The notes: generated from the sequence alone by a model not told the origin. Counted from the stretch's first letter, positions 31,022-40,811 are shown. The stretch is DNA of 58,164 nucleotides from Bacilli bacterium (GCA_031289255.1 JAITPW010000084.1:1-58164); one strand, 5' to 3'. Made by a program: numbers and translations.

Positions 31022-31831
31022 TTATGCTTCTTCTCTTTTTTTATAATCTCTTTTATTATTGTAATCACGATTATTGTCACGATTATTATCACGACGGTTA
31101 TCACGACGATCTTCACTTGGTTCATCTTTAGTATAAGCTACTTCTAAAACGCCACCCTTAGCTTCAACAACAGCATCAGCCATAGCTGTAATGATTAATT
31201 TAACTGCTCTAATAGCATCATCATTAGCAGGGATAACAAAGTCAACATCATCAGGATCACAATTAGTATCAACAATACCAAATACTGGTATTCCTAATTT
31301 ACGTGCTTCTAAAATAGCATTTCTTTCAACTTTAGGATCTACTACAAAAATAGCATCCGGCATTTTTTTCATTTCTTTAATTCCACCTAGGAATTTTTCT
31401 AATCTTGCAGCTTCTTTTTTGATTTGAATTACTTCTTTTTTAGGTAATAATTCAAAAGTTCCATCAGTTGCCATTGCTTCGATTTCATTTAAACGAGCAA
31501 TTCTTTTCTTGATAGTTTTAAAGTTGGTAAGGGTTCCACCTAACCATCTTGTATTTACATAAAAAGAACCTGAACGTAATGCTTCTTGTTGAACAGCATC
31601 TTGTGCTTGTTTTTTTGTTCCTACAAATAAAATTTTTCCACTTTTTTCTGCAATTGCTTTAATTGCTTTATAGGCTTCATCAATTTTACGAGTTGTTTTT
31701 TGTAAGTCAATGATATAAATATCATTTCTCGCTGTGTAAATATATGGGGCCATCTTTGGATCCCATCTTCTTGTTTGGTGTCCAAAATGCACACCAGCTT
31801 CTAATAGTTTTTTCATTGAAACTACTGCCAT
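31022..31831 (-). CDS. rpsB: 30S ribosomal protein S2 with a low-complexity Arg/Asp/Asn C-terminal tail
   Basis: The true start is probably ATG 31831 ([23 protein letters not shown]), after AGAGGAAG. Confidence 0.95.
   Translation of the reverse strand: MAVVSMKKLLEAGVHFGHQTRRWDPKMAPYIYTARNDIYIIDLQKTTRKIDEAYKAIKAIAEKSGKILFVGTKKQAQDAVQQEALRSGSFYVNTRWLGGTLTNFKTIKKRIARLNEIEAMATDGTFELLPKKEVIQIKKEAARLEKFLGGIKEMKKMPDAIFVVDPKVERNAILEARKLGIPVFGIVDTNCDPDDVDFVIPANDDAIRAVKLIITAMADAVVEAKGGVLEVAYTKDEPSEDRRDNRRDNNRDNNRDYNNKRDYKKREEA
31065..31116 (-). repeat. in-frame tandem 12-nt repeats within the 3' end of rpsB
   Basis: On the plus strand the units TCACGATTATTG, TCACGATTATTA, TCACGACGGTTA and TCACGACGATCT are followed by TCAC. 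They encode the [15 protein letters not shown] tail. Confidence 0.8.
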
Positions 31832-31936
31832 AAATATACTTCCTCTCTTGTTTTTAACCTCTACTACTTCTAACATCTTCCAATCCTAAGATCACCCGGA
31901 CAATGAATTCATAGTATGTGTATTTACTGCTTTACA

Positions 31937-31966
31937 ATTATACCATGCTTTGAGAATACATTTCAA
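31937..31966 (-). promoter_or_regulatory. rpsB promoter
   Basis: The minus strand reads TTGAAA (31961-31966), an 18-nt spacer, then TGGTATAAT (31937-31945). This leaves a leader of about 100 nt. Confidence 0.55.
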
Positions 31967-32060
31967 GGATATTCAATATTTATTCATTATGAAAAGTTAT
32001 AGCTATTATGATAATTAATTGAATTATTCTTATCATTAGTTATCCTCAATAATAATAATT

Positions 32061-33023
32061 TTAAATATGCTTATTTATTTTTAATATTTTTAAAGTAAGA
32101 TCATAAAGATAATAAAAAACATAACTAAGCATTAATGATAAAAAAATACCGATCACGAAACATAAAAAGATATTATTTTTAGTGAATGCTAAGCTGTAAT
32201 TATTAAAATATTTTATCACATAATATGAACAAAAATAAAAGAAATAAGAAGTTCTTGATATCTTTCTGACCCATTTTAAAGAAAGATTACTATTTAATAT
32301 TAATTTAATAAACCCAAAGGTATACATGATTGAAAAAGGACTAAAATAACTAATGATATAAATTCTATTATACTGATTAAGTGGTGTGTAGGCATATATT
32401 TGAAATAATAAGCCGATAATTAATAACAATATGATTATTGTATTATTATGAAAATCCCATTCGAATAAAATATGGTTTAACACCAAAGCTAGACCAATAT
32501 ACGGTACAAACACAAGTAATCCTAAATCATAAGCAGTGGCATTGCCTGTTTTAATACTATAATAATAACCAAAGATAGTTAATAATATCCCGACTACCAG
32601 CATCATTTTTTTAGCTTTGTTTTTTAAAAACATGATTAAACTCATACTCAATATTAAGCCAATATACATATCACCATACCAGGTACTACTAAAGCCTATT
32701 TTGGTATTCCAATAGACATTGCTTTCCTTAAAAAATAAATGAAACCCATATGTAAGCAACAAGGTAGGTAGAATAATATAAAGGAGTAGTTTTTGAAAAT
32801 TAACTTCTTTGTTTAAATAAAGATTGCTATAGGCTGTTATCGCTACAAATATTAATACCGCAATTAAAGCAATACCTCTTAAGATACTTGCTAAATAAAG
32901 TTCAATACTACTATTCAAATATTTATTAAAATAATTAAAATAATGGATGGTATAAATCATAATCATCGCCATTAATGTTAAGATATTCAATTGTTCATAT
33001 TTATTATTTCTCAATTTAATCAC
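32061..33023 (-). CDS. polytopic membrane protein, possibly acyltransferase-3 family
   Basis: 320 aa with about 9-10 TM segments. The N-terminal EQLNILTLMAMIMIYTIHY loosely resembles the acyltransferase_3 start motif. The family assignment is weak. Confidence 0.4.
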   Translation of the reverse strand: MIKLRNNKYEQLNILTLMAMIMIYTIHYFNYFNKYLNSSIELYLASILRGIALIAVLIFVAITAYSNLYLNKEVNFQKLLLYIILPTLLLTYGFHLFFKESNVYWNTKIGFSSTWYGDMYIGLILSMSLIMFLKNKAKKMMLVVGILLTIFGYYYSIKTGNATAYDLGLLVFVPYIGLALVLNHILFEWDFHNNTIIILLLIIGLLFQIYAYTPLNQYNRIYIISYFSPFSIMYTFGFIKLILNSNLSLKWVRKISRTSYFFYFCSYYVIKYFNNYSLAFTKNNIFLCFVIGIFLSLMLSYVFYYLYDLTLKILKINKHI

Positions 33024-33139
33024 CTGTATAATTATATCATGAATTATTAGTCATTATCTGTTTAAATATTGCAATTTGTTGTTGCTATTTGTTGATTTGA
33101 TATTAATTATTTGTATAATAATTATAAGGAGTGATTTTA

Positions 33140-34216
33140 ATGAACATTTATTTTTTCCCTATTAAAACGGCTTTTATTACTTTCCCTTTAATTGCCATTG
33201 CTTTAACACTTCCCTATTTAATTATTCAATATCATAAATATGGAGCTATATCTAAATTAAAAAGTTTTATTGTTTTAAGTTTTTTCTTATACTTACTTTG
33301 TGCTTATTATTTAGTTGTACTACCTTTACCACATCCAGATGCAATTCCCACCAGAGCTAGTTATACGCAGTTGGTACCCTTTAATTTTATAAGTGATTTT
33401 TTTAAGGAATCTAAACTAGTTTTAAGTAATTATCATACTTATTTACCAGCCTTAAAACAAGGAGTGGTTTTACAACCACTATTTAATATCTTTCTAACTA
33501 TTCCTTTTGGTCTCTATTTAGCAACCTTTTATCATAAATCACTTAAAAAAGTCATTTTATTTACTTTCTTTTTATCTTTATTCTTTGAACTTACTCAATT
33601 GAGTGGTGTTTATGGTCTTTACCCTCATCCTTATCGTTTATTTGATGTCGATGATTTAATGTTAAATACCCTTGGTGGCATAATGGGTTATGGACTAGGT
33701 GGTTTATTTAAGTTTGTTCCTAATAAAAATATCTTAGATGAAAACAGTATCAAGCATAGTAAGAATGTCAGTTATTCCCGTCGGATCATTGCTTTTATAA
33801 TTGACTTATTAATCATCAGAATTAGCCAAATTATCATTGTGATAATCATTGGATTATTATCAAGAAATAATGATTTATCTAACTATGTTAATATTATTTT
33901 CTATATCATATTTGGTTTGTATTTTATTGTTTTACATGCTCTCTTTAATAATACAATTGGTAAGAAAATAGTTAATATTAAACTTATTAAAACTGATTTT
34001 TCTTCTTTATTAATAAGATACTTAATTATATTATTAGTTTTACCTAGTTTTGGAATGATTAATATTGTTAGTAATTATTTTAATATTCCCTTTATTTATA
34101 TCATCGTATTAGCATTGATAGTTATTAATATGATAATTAATTTTCCTAAAGCTAAGCATCTCTTTTATGAAAATTTAAATAATAATTATAATGTTAGTAC
34201 TTTAGTAATAAAATAA
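33140..34216 (+). CDS. VanZ-like / RDD-domain fusion membrane protein
   Basis: The start is ATG 33140 after AAGGAG. The N-terminal half has VanZ-like blocks (LTIPFGLYL, ELTQ, FDVDDLMLNTLGGIMGY). The C-terminal half has an RDD-like segment (RRIIAFIIDLLI) plus further TM helices. Confidence 0.6.
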   Translation: MNIYFFPIKTAFITFPLIAIALTLPYLIIQYHKYGAISKLKSFIVLSFFLYLLCAYYLVVLPLPHPDAIPTRASYTQLVPFNFISDFFKESKLVLSNYHTYLPALKQGVVLQPLFNIFLTIPFGLYLATFYHKSLKKVILFTFFLSLFFELTQLSGVYGLYPHPYRLFDVDDLMLNTLGGIMGYGLGGLFKFVPNKNILDENSIKHSKNVSYSRRIIAFIIDLLIIRISQIIIVIIIGLLSRNNDLSNYVNIIFYIIFGLYFIVLHALFNNTIGKKIVNIKLIKTDFSSLLIRYLIILLVLPSFGMINIVSNYFNIPFIYIIVLALIVINMIINFPKAKHLFYENLNNNYNVSTLVIK

Positions 34217-34325
34217 TAAATAAAGAATTGTTACTACTTTACGTATTGTTATATTTTAAATCATAAACTATTTAATTATTTTAATTTTTATGTTATGATA
34301 ATTCTATTGTGAGGGTGATCAATTA

Positions 34326-35216
34326 ATGAAAAAAGGAATTAGTTTTATTGTCATAATTGTTTTAGCATTTATTTACTTATTTAATTATAATAATAAAAGA
34401 GTACTTGCTGATGAAACATTAAATTTAAGTGACAATGGTATTACATATAAATTTCAAAATAAAAATAATAAATGGTACTTAGTTCAAGAACTTAATAGTA
34501 ATGATGCTACCATCTTAAAGTATACATTTGATAATAAGAAAAATTGTTTTCAAGATGAACCTACTTTAGATAACTTAAATGAAGCTAAGAAATCATGTCA
34601 GTATTTAAGTTCTAAGCAAGTTTATTTTGATAAACAGTTAAAATATATTAAATCAGAACTAAAGTATAATAACAAGAATATTAAACTATCTTATGATCTT
34701 TATTTTAGAAAGAATTTAAATATTACTGAACATCAATCTTATACCTATTTTAGTAATGGTAAACTTAATCGTTTTACTAAATATTTTAATGCTTATAGCT
34801 ATCTCAAAGATAAAGTAAATTATCGTGATACTTATACTACTATTTATAATGCTAAAGGACAACTTTTAGAAATAAAGAATTATCAAAATGTTATTCTAAA
34901 TAATGGTAATTATGCTACTATTCTTTATAGTCATTCTCTTTATACTTATCATAATAATGGTAAGTATAAGAGTAAGACTTATATTAAATATAGTCGAACT
35001 AATGGTGATCGTTATGATTATTTCCAAACTAATTATCGAACTAATGGTATTCAAGAAAATCATTATAATTATGATTATCATAATGGTAAGATTATTAAAC
35101 GTACCCTTCACCAATATAATAGTTATGGTAAATTAGGTAAAGGTGCTTATCGTTATATTTCAGACTATAATGGTAATCAAAAAATTATTAAGACTTATAA
35201 AAAAGCCTATAAATAA
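34326..35216 (+). CDS. secreted or membrane-tethered MORN-variant (YwqK-like) repeat protein
   Basis: It has an N-terminal signal/anchor followed by reiterated Y-x-x-NGK/NGN-x-x-x-x-Y units (YFSNGKLNRFTKY, YNAKGQLLEIKNY, YHNNGKYKSKTY, YHNGKIIKRTL, YNSYGKLGKGAY, YNGNQKIIKTY). Confidence 0.55.
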   Translation: MKKGISFIVIIVLAFIYLFNYNNKRVLADETLNLSDNGITYKFQNKNNKWYLVQELNSNDATILKYTFDNKKNCFQDEPTLDNLNEAKKSCQYLSSKQVYFDKQLKYIKSELKYNNKNIKLSYDLYFRKNLNITEHQSYTYFSNGKLNRFTKYFNAYSYLKDKVNYRDTYTTIYNAKGQLLEIKNYQNVILNNGNYATILYSHSLYTYHNNGKYKSKTYIKYSRTNGDRYDYFQTNYRTNGIQENHYNYDYHNGKIIKRTLHQYNSYGKLGKGAYRYISDYNGNQKIIKTYKKAYK

Positions 35217-35248
35217 AAGCAGATTGTTCCATGTGAACAATCTTTTTA
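35217..35248 (+). terminator. intrinsic terminator
   Basis: AGATTGTTC-CATGT-GAACAATCT followed by TTTT. Confidence 0.8.
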
Positions 35249-35293
35249 TTAAATATAGTATAATAGGTTTATAATATTAGGAATGGAGAAATA

Positions 35294-35854
35294 ATGATGA
35301 ACAGTATCCCTCAAACAAGAAAAGCGCAATTAAATGATTTTGATAGTATCGCTTCTTTAATATTAGAAGCTTCTGGATGTGTTTTTATCGATATTCTACA
35401 GAGTGATGACCTTTATAAAATAACTGCTCTTTTAAAATATTTCTATGATAAAGAAGATAATAAATTTTCTTATCAGAATTTTATTGTTTATGAAGCTGAT
35501 GGAACAATCTTAGCTTGTCTTAATCTTTATCATAGTCAAAAAGAAATATTTTATAATAATAATATGAGTAAACTTCTAAATGATGATTATCATATCAAAT
35601 ATACTTTCCCAATTGAAGCTACTATTAATTCTTATTATATTGATACTATTGGTGTAGCTGCTAAGGCTCGTCATCAAGGGATTGCTACTAAGATGATTAG
35701 CGAAGTTATTAGTCAAGATAATCAGAATGTTTCATTGATTGCTGATTCTGATAAACCGCAAGTCGTTAAATTATATCAGAAAATAGGTTTTGAAATTATT
35801 CATAAAGAAGAGATGTTTGGAAGAATATTTTATACAATGTTATATCGTAAATAG
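35294..35854 (+). CDS. GNAT family N-acetyltransferase
   Basis: 186 aa with the acetyl-CoA loop VAAKARHQGIATKMI. Confidence 0.75.
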   Translation: MMNSIPQTRKAQLNDFDSIASLILEASGCVFIDILQSDDLYKITALLKYFYDKEDNKFSYQNFIVYEADGTILACLNLYHSQKEIFYNNNMSKLLNDDYHIKYTFPIEATINSYYIDTIGVAAKARHQGIATKMISEVISQDNQNVSLIADSDKPQVVKLYQKIGFEIIHKEEMFGRIFYTMLYRK

Positions 35855-35868
35855 AGGAGGATATTTTG

Positions 35869-37134
35869 ATGCTTGAACAATTTAAATTATATGACCAAAT
35901 TATATGTATTGATTTAAAAAGTTTTTATGCTTCAGTTGAGTGTGTTGCTCTTAATAAAGATCCTTTTAAATTTAATTTAGTCGTCGCTGATACAAGCCGT
36001 GGTAAAGGTAGTATTATCCTAGCTGTCAGTCCTGCTTTAAAAGCTCAAGGTGTTCCTGGTCGGTTAAGGTTATTTGAACTACCAAAACATTTAGATATTT
36101 ATATTGCTAAACCTAGAATTGCTTATTATATTTATATTAGTAATCAAATTCTTAAAATGTACTTAGAATATTTTTCTAGTAATGATATTCTTATTTATTC
36201 TGTAGATGAGGTCTTTATTGATACAACTAGCTACTTAAAATTATATAATAAAACAGTCGATGAATTAGCTCAATTTTTATTAAATGAAATTTATCTTCGC
36301 TTTAAATTATGTGCAACTTGTGGTATTGGTCCTAATATGTTAATGGCTAAATATGCTCTAGATATTGAAGCTAAATATCGTGATGATTATATTGCTCATT
36401 GGCATTATGAAGATTTAGAAGAAAAACTATGGTCTATTACTGATTTAACCTCGATATGGGGTATTGGCCAAGGAATTGCTAGAAGATTAAAGAAATTAAA
36501 GATAACATCAATGAAAGACTTAGCTCATTATGATATTTATCAGCTTGTCAATGAATTTGGTATTATGGGTGAAGAATTATTTTTACATGCTAATGGTATT
36601 GATATCAGTAAAATCCAAGACCAACAAGTACTAAGTGAAAGAAAAGGTTATAACATTTCCCATACATTATATAAGAATACCCCTAAAGAACAAGTTAGAC
36701 CGATATTAAAAGAATTGATAATCAATCAAAGTGAACGGCTACGCCACGATCATAAAATGTCCCAAGTGTTAGCTCTTCATGTAAGATATTCTTTAAATGA
36801 AGGACTTAGTAGTTTCTCTAAACAAACTAAATTAATTAGTCCAACCATTGATTTAAAAGAAATCACTAAAGTCTTTTTAAAGATGTTTGATGAAGATGTT
36901 GAAGATGCTAGTATTAGAAAAATTGGTTTATCCTTTACTAAACTATCTTCTTTAGAAAATAATCAATTAGATATATTTACTTATAACAAAAAATCTTCAA
37001 TTAAAAGTGATTTTGCAGCTGATATAGTCAATACTAAATATGGGGAAAATACGATTTTTAAAGCTAGTGCTCTTGTTCCCGATTCCCTTTATTTTTCAAG
37101 AAAGAAATTAATTGGTGGTCATAATGCTAAATAA
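35869..37134 (+). CDS. Y-family (translesion) DNA polymerase, UmuC/UvrX-like
   Basis: It begins IICIDLKSFYASVEC (catalytic Asp motif) and also has SVDEVFID. The start is ATG 35869, 8 nt after AGGAGG. Confidence 0.85.
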   Translation: MLEQFKLYDQIICIDLKSFYASVECVALNKDPFKFNLVVADTSRGKGSIILAVSPALKAQGVPGRLRLFELPKHLDIYIAKPRIAYYIYISNQILKMYLEYFSSNDILIYSVDEVFIDTTSYLKLYNKTVDELAQFLLNEIYLRFKLCATCGIGPNMLMAKYALDIEAKYRDDYIAHWHYEDLEEKLWSITDLTSIWGIGQGIARRLKKLKITSMKDLAHYDIYQLVNEFGIMGEELFLHANGIDISKIQDQQVLSERKGYNISHTLYKNTPKEQVRPILKELIINQSERLRHDHKMSQVLALHVRYSLNEGLSSFSKQTKLISPTIDLKEITKVFLKMFDEDVEDASIRKIGLSFTKLSSLENNQLDIFTYNKKSSIKSDFAADIVNTKYGENTIFKASALVPDSLYFSRKKLIGGHNAK

Positions 37135-37465
37135 TAATAATAATGATAATTACCAATTTCATCCTCGAGGGATTGTAAAATGGCATGCTTTTTCAGCTGT
37201 TGTTAGTAATGAAGAACAACTCCAAGAAGCTGTTGAAATAGAACTTTTAGATATAGAATTATTAGAAGATAAAAAAAATTATTTAGATTATCAACTTAAG
37301 CATGCTCTTAATAATAACTTAATCACAAGTGTCAGTTACTTAAAAGATAATCAAATTATCATGATGGAAGGACATATTAGTAATGTTGATTATTTCAATC
37401 GGACCCTTAATATCAATGATCATAACTTACCAATTGATAATATAATTGATATTATTATAAAGTAA
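37124..37465 (+). CDS. YolD-like protein
   Basis: About 113 aa. It overlaps the 3' end of the polymerase gene. The size, the association with a Y-family polymerase and the central W-x-AF segment fit the YolD family. Family assignment is at moderate confidence. Confidence 0.55.
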   Translation: MLNNNNNDNYQFHPRGIVKWHAFSAVVSNEEQLQEAVEIELLDIELLEDKKNYLDYQLKHALNNNLITSVSYLKDNQIIMMEGHISNVDYFNRTLNINDHNLPIDNIIDIIIK

Positions 37466-37495
37466 AAAAAAGAACTTGAATCAAGTTCTTTTTTA
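37464..37495. terminator. bidirectional intrinsic terminator
   Basis: An A-run, AGAACTT-GAATC-AAGTTCT, then a T-run. Confidence 0.8.
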
Positions 37496-37510
37496 GCTAC
37501 AATTATATAT

Positions 37511-38056
37511 TTATTTATTAAAATGTCTTTTTAACATTCCTTGTAAAGCACGACCATGTCTTGCTTCATCCTTAGATATTTCATGAACAGCATCATGAAT
37601 AGCATCAAGGTTTTGTTTCTTAGCATTAGTTGCTATTTGATAACGTAATTCACAAGCTCCATTTTCTCCATAAATCATTTTTACTAAGTTTTCTTCAGTT
37701 GTTCCAAAGATTTTATCTTGAGCTAATTCTTCAAATTTAGCAGCATGTTCTGCTTCTTCCCATGCGATAGCACGTAATGTTTCACCAATTTCTGGATAAC
37801 CTTCACGATAAGCTACTCGAGCCATTGCTAAATACATTCCTACTTCAGTTACTTCAGCTTCAAAGCATTTTAATAAACCTTCATATATTTCAGGGTCAAC
37901 ACCTTTAGCAATTCCAAGTTCATGTTCTTGAGCCCAAGTTAATTCATCTTCATTAATTTCCACTTCAACGAATTTCTCTGGCCCAACACCACATAACTCA
38001 CATTTTTCATTATTGTCTTGGATATGACCACAGACTGTACATTTAAATTTTTTCAT
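37511..38056 (-). CDS. reverse rubrerythrin (N-terminal rubredoxin-like domain plus ferritin-like di-iron domain)
   Basis: The start is ATG 38056 after AGGAGG. It has CTVCGH ... CELCG at the N-terminus, followed by the EEAEHA and DEARH di-iron motifs. Confidence 0.85.
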   Translation of the reverse strand: MKKFKCTVCGHIQDNNEKCELCGVGPEKFVEVEINEDELTWAQEHELGIAKGVDPEIYEGLLKCFEAEVTEVGMYLAMARVAYREGYPEIGETLRAIAWEEAEHAAKFEELAQDKIFGTTEENLVKMIYGENGACELRYQIATNAKKQNLDAIHDAVHEISKDEARHGRALQGMLKRHFNK

Positions 38057-38335
38057 TTTTCTAATCCTCCTGTGTAGTATTATATCAAACATTATTTAGA
38101 AAGATTACCATTTTGCTTTTAAAAATATTAGTAATTTTTTTATATAAATTTTTAGACTTTAATACTGATAAAAAAGTTAATATATTAATGCCTTAATAAA
38201 TAAAAACAAAACTTATTTTATCATAAATTATTAATAAATAATCAAAATACCCTTGAGATACTTGTTCAAAGTTTATTTTTATTTTTTAGAAAAAAATATA
38301 TAAATAAAGAATTATTTACTACAAAATTTTAATAT

Positions 38336-38380
38336 AGTAAAAAGCGAAAATCCTCAGTAAATACTGAATGTTTTCGCTTT
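38336..38380 (-). terminator. long-stem intrinsic terminator ending the ispF-to-tetR operon
   Basis: AAAGCGAAAA...TCAGTA / TACTGA...TTTTCGCTTT forms an imperfect hairpin of about 19 bp, followed by a U-run on the minus strand. Confidence 0.7.
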
Positions 38381-38430
38381 GATAATATTAGAACTGTCAA
38401 AGATGAGATCCATCAACTTTATTAAAATTA

Positions 38431-39108
38431 TTACTTTTTGGCTTTTAAAAATCTGATTATCATATACTCATAAATCTGACATTTTTCAATATACTTCTCA
38501 TATGCAATGTCTTTACCGATTGTAATTGTAGATAAATAACCATATAACGATTGATAAATCATTAATGCTACTTTTTTAGTTGGATAATCAATTTGTTTAA
38601 TGCTTTTATCTTGCAGACCTCGTTCTATAATATTAACTAATTCAACCACAAATGAATCATGCATTGCTAAAGAGACATCTTTATAATCATTTTCATATTT
38701 TTGATATGAAAGATACATTCTTACTTGAGTAATAAATTTAAACTTATCAATATTACGATAATAAGCATCAAAGTTTATTTTTAAAGCTCTCTCAAAATTT
38801 TCAATTGCACTGTGATCATAATTATAATCAATATGAAAATCAGGATCAATTTCTTTAGTTATTTCTATCATTAAATAATTAAGTAAATTAATCTTAGTAT
38901 CAAAATAATTATAAATAGTTCTTCTCGTAATATCACAACCATCGGCAATATCATTTAAAGTTGTATCATTAATACCATTTTCAATCATTAATTTATATGC
39001 CATATCACTAATTGTTTTTAATTTTCGCATTTTAGTTCTAGATAATACTTCTTGTTTATCTAGTATTCTTAGTTGTTCTGGTGTGAAAACTCTCTTACTT
39101 CTATTCAT
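38431..39108 (-). CDS. TetR/AcrR family transcriptional regulator
   Basis: 225 aa with the N-terminal HTH TLNDIADGCDITRRTIYNYF. Confidence 0.85.
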   Translation of the reverse strand: MNRSKRVFTPEQLRILDKQEVLSRTKMRKLKTISDMAYKLMIENGINDTTLNDIADGCDITRRTIYNYFDTKINLLNYLMIEITKEIDPDFHIDYNYDHSAIENFERALKINFDAYYRNIDKFKFITQVRMYLSYQKYENDYKDVSLAMHDSFVVELVNIIERGLQDKSIKQIDYPTKKVALMIYQSLYGYLSTITIGKDIAYEKYIEKCQIYEYMIIRFLKAKK

Positions 39109-39114
39109 TTTATT

Positions 39115-39363
39115 TTACTCCTTACTCAGGATTTCAAACAATTCATTAGCTTCTTCTTTTTTGATATGTTCTTTGATATCAAGAACCTTTATTCTCAGCT
39201 TATTATTACCAAACATTATCGTAATAATATCATCTTTTTTTACTTCTAAACCAGGTTTAGCAACCTTATCATTTAATAAAACTCTTTGTTGAACAAGTAT
39301 TTCTTTAGCATTTGTTCTCCGTTTAATAATTCTACTTACCTGTAAATATTTATCAATTCTCAT
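39115..39363 (-). CDS. rqcP: S4-domain RNA-binding protein, YabO/RqcP (Hsp15-like) type
   Basis: 82 aa. MRIDKYLQVSRIIKRRTNAKE closely parallels the N-terminus of B. subtilis YabO as I remember it. Confidence 0.7.
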   Translation of the reverse strand: MRIDKYLQVSRIIKRRTNAKEILVQQRVLLNDKVAKPGLEVKKDDIITIMFGNNKLRIKVLDIKEHIKKEEANELFEILSKE

Positions 39364-40811
39364 TATAATAGCTTAATTGTCTTCTCAATATTCGCAATTA
39401 CTTGCTCTTTGCCATATAATTCTAAAACAGTTGGTAAATCGCCACCATGATGTTCATTAGATACCGCTATTCTAATTGGCATAAATAAATTTTTACCTTT
39501 TATTGATAATTCTTTACCGGTCTCCTTAATGGTACTTTTAATTATTTCTGTTTCAAAATCATCCATCTTTTCAAACTTATCTTTAATTGCTATTAATAAT
39601 TCTTTACCATTTAATTCATTAATAAAAGCAAGATCTTCATCTTTAATATTAAATGGTTCAAAAAATGGTTTTACAAGGCTGATAATTTCCTTGCAGTAAT
39701 TTAATTGAGGTCTAAACAAGGCAATTATTTTGGTAAGCCAACCTTCATCTTTACTATTAATTGGTAATTCTGCTTCTAAATACTTGGTGCACATTTCACT
39801 AATGGTAATTAAATCTTCTTTTTGAATATATTGATTATCAATCCAAAATAATTTCTTACGATCAAACATTGAAGGCGATTTTGATAAACGATGTTCATCA
39901 AACATGGTAATTATCTCCTCTTTAGAAAAGATTTCTTCTTCCCCTTCTGGTGACCATCCTAGTAAACTAAAGAAATTAAACATAGCCTCTGGTAAATAAC
40001 CCTCATCACGATACTGCGATATAAATTGCATAATCGTTTCATCACGTTTTGATAATTTTTTCCGTTCCTCATTAACAATTAATGTTAAATGACCAAAAGC
40101 TGGTAGTTCCATGTTTAAAGCTTCATAAATCATAATTTGTTTTGGAGTATTTGAAATATGTTCTTCCCCACGGAAAACATGAGAAATTTTCATTAAAGCA
40201 TCATCAATTACGACCGCAAAATTATAGGTAGCAATCCCATTTGATTTAATAATAACCCAATCAGAAATATCTTTACCAGGAACACTTATTTCACCACGAA
40301 CAATATCGTGCCACGTATAAGTTTTATCAACATCTACTTTAAATCTAATGGCTGGTTTACGTCCTTCAGCAATGTATTGAGCTTTTTGTTCAGTAGTTAA
40401 ATCAAGACATTTACGATTATAACGATATGAAAACTTACCAGCAGCTTCTTGCTGATTGCGAGCTTCTGCTAGTTCTTCTGGTGTGCAATAACATTCATAA
40501 GCATATCCTAATTCAATTAATTTTTTAGCATAATCACGATATAAATCTAATCGTTCGGTTTGTCGATAAGGACCATAAGCTCCTGGATTAACTGGTGATT
40601 CATCGGGAATAATTCCTAACCATTCTAAATTCTCTAATTGACTAGCTTCACCATGAGGAATATTTCTTTCTAAATCAGTATCTTCTAATCTGAAGATGAA
40701 TTTTCCATTATAATGTTTTGCATATAAATAATTAAATAAAGCCGTTCGAGCACCTCCAATATGAAGATGTCCTGTTGGACTTGGTGCATATCTTACTCTA
40801 ACTTCTTTCAT
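39363..40811 (-). CDS. gltX: glutamyl-tRNA synthetase
   Basis: It has the HIGH motif PSPTGHLHIGGART and the KMSKS-type KLSKR. Confidence 0.95.
   Translation of the reverse strand: MKEVRVRYAPSPTGHLHIGGARTALFNYLYAKHYNGKFIFRLEDTDLERNIPHGEASQLENLEWLGIIPDESPVNPGAYGPYRQTERLDLYRDYAKKLIELGYAYECYCTPEELAEARNQQEAAGKFSYRYNRKCLDLTTEQKAQYIAEGRKPAIRFKVDVDKTYTWHDIVRGEISVPGKDISDWVIIKSNGIATYNFAVVIDDALMKISHVFRGEEHISNTPKQIMIYEALNMELPAFGHLTLIVNEERKKLSKRDETIMQFISQYRDEGYLPEAMFNFFSLLGWSPEGEEEIFSKEEIITMFDEHRLSKSPSMFDRKKLFWIDNQYIQKEDLITISEMCTKYLEAELPINSKDEGWLTKIIALFRPQLNYCKEIISLVKPFFEPFNIKDEDLAFINELNGKELLIAIKDKFEKMDDFETEIIKSTIKETGKELSIKGKNLFMPIRIAVSNEHHGGDLPTVLELYGKEQVIANIEKTIKLL

Noticed and set aside
34896-35136. 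Overlapping 72-aa (minus) and 77-aa (plus) Ile-rich ORFs inside the MORN-repeat gene.
   Set aside because: They are produced by repetitive AT-rich codons (AAT GGT AAx / TAT ...) of the real plus-strand gene in another frame. They have no SD and an implausible poly-Ile composition.
35221-35243. GTTC...GAAC inverted repeat upstream of the GNAT-polymerase operon, considered as a LexA (Cheo) box.
   Set aside because: The Cheo box is GAAC-N4-GTTC. Here the half-sites are in the opposite order with N5 spacing. The element is a 9-bp stem followed by a T-run directly after the preceding gene, so it is a terminator.
38093-38335. AT-rich region of about 240 bp upstream of the rubrerythrin gene, examined for a PerR/Fur-type 7-1-7 box (TTATAATNATTATAA).
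   Set aside because: It contains only AT-rich near-matches such as TTATTAATAAATAAT, which are not palindromic. They cannot be distinguished from background in this composition without a matrix scan.
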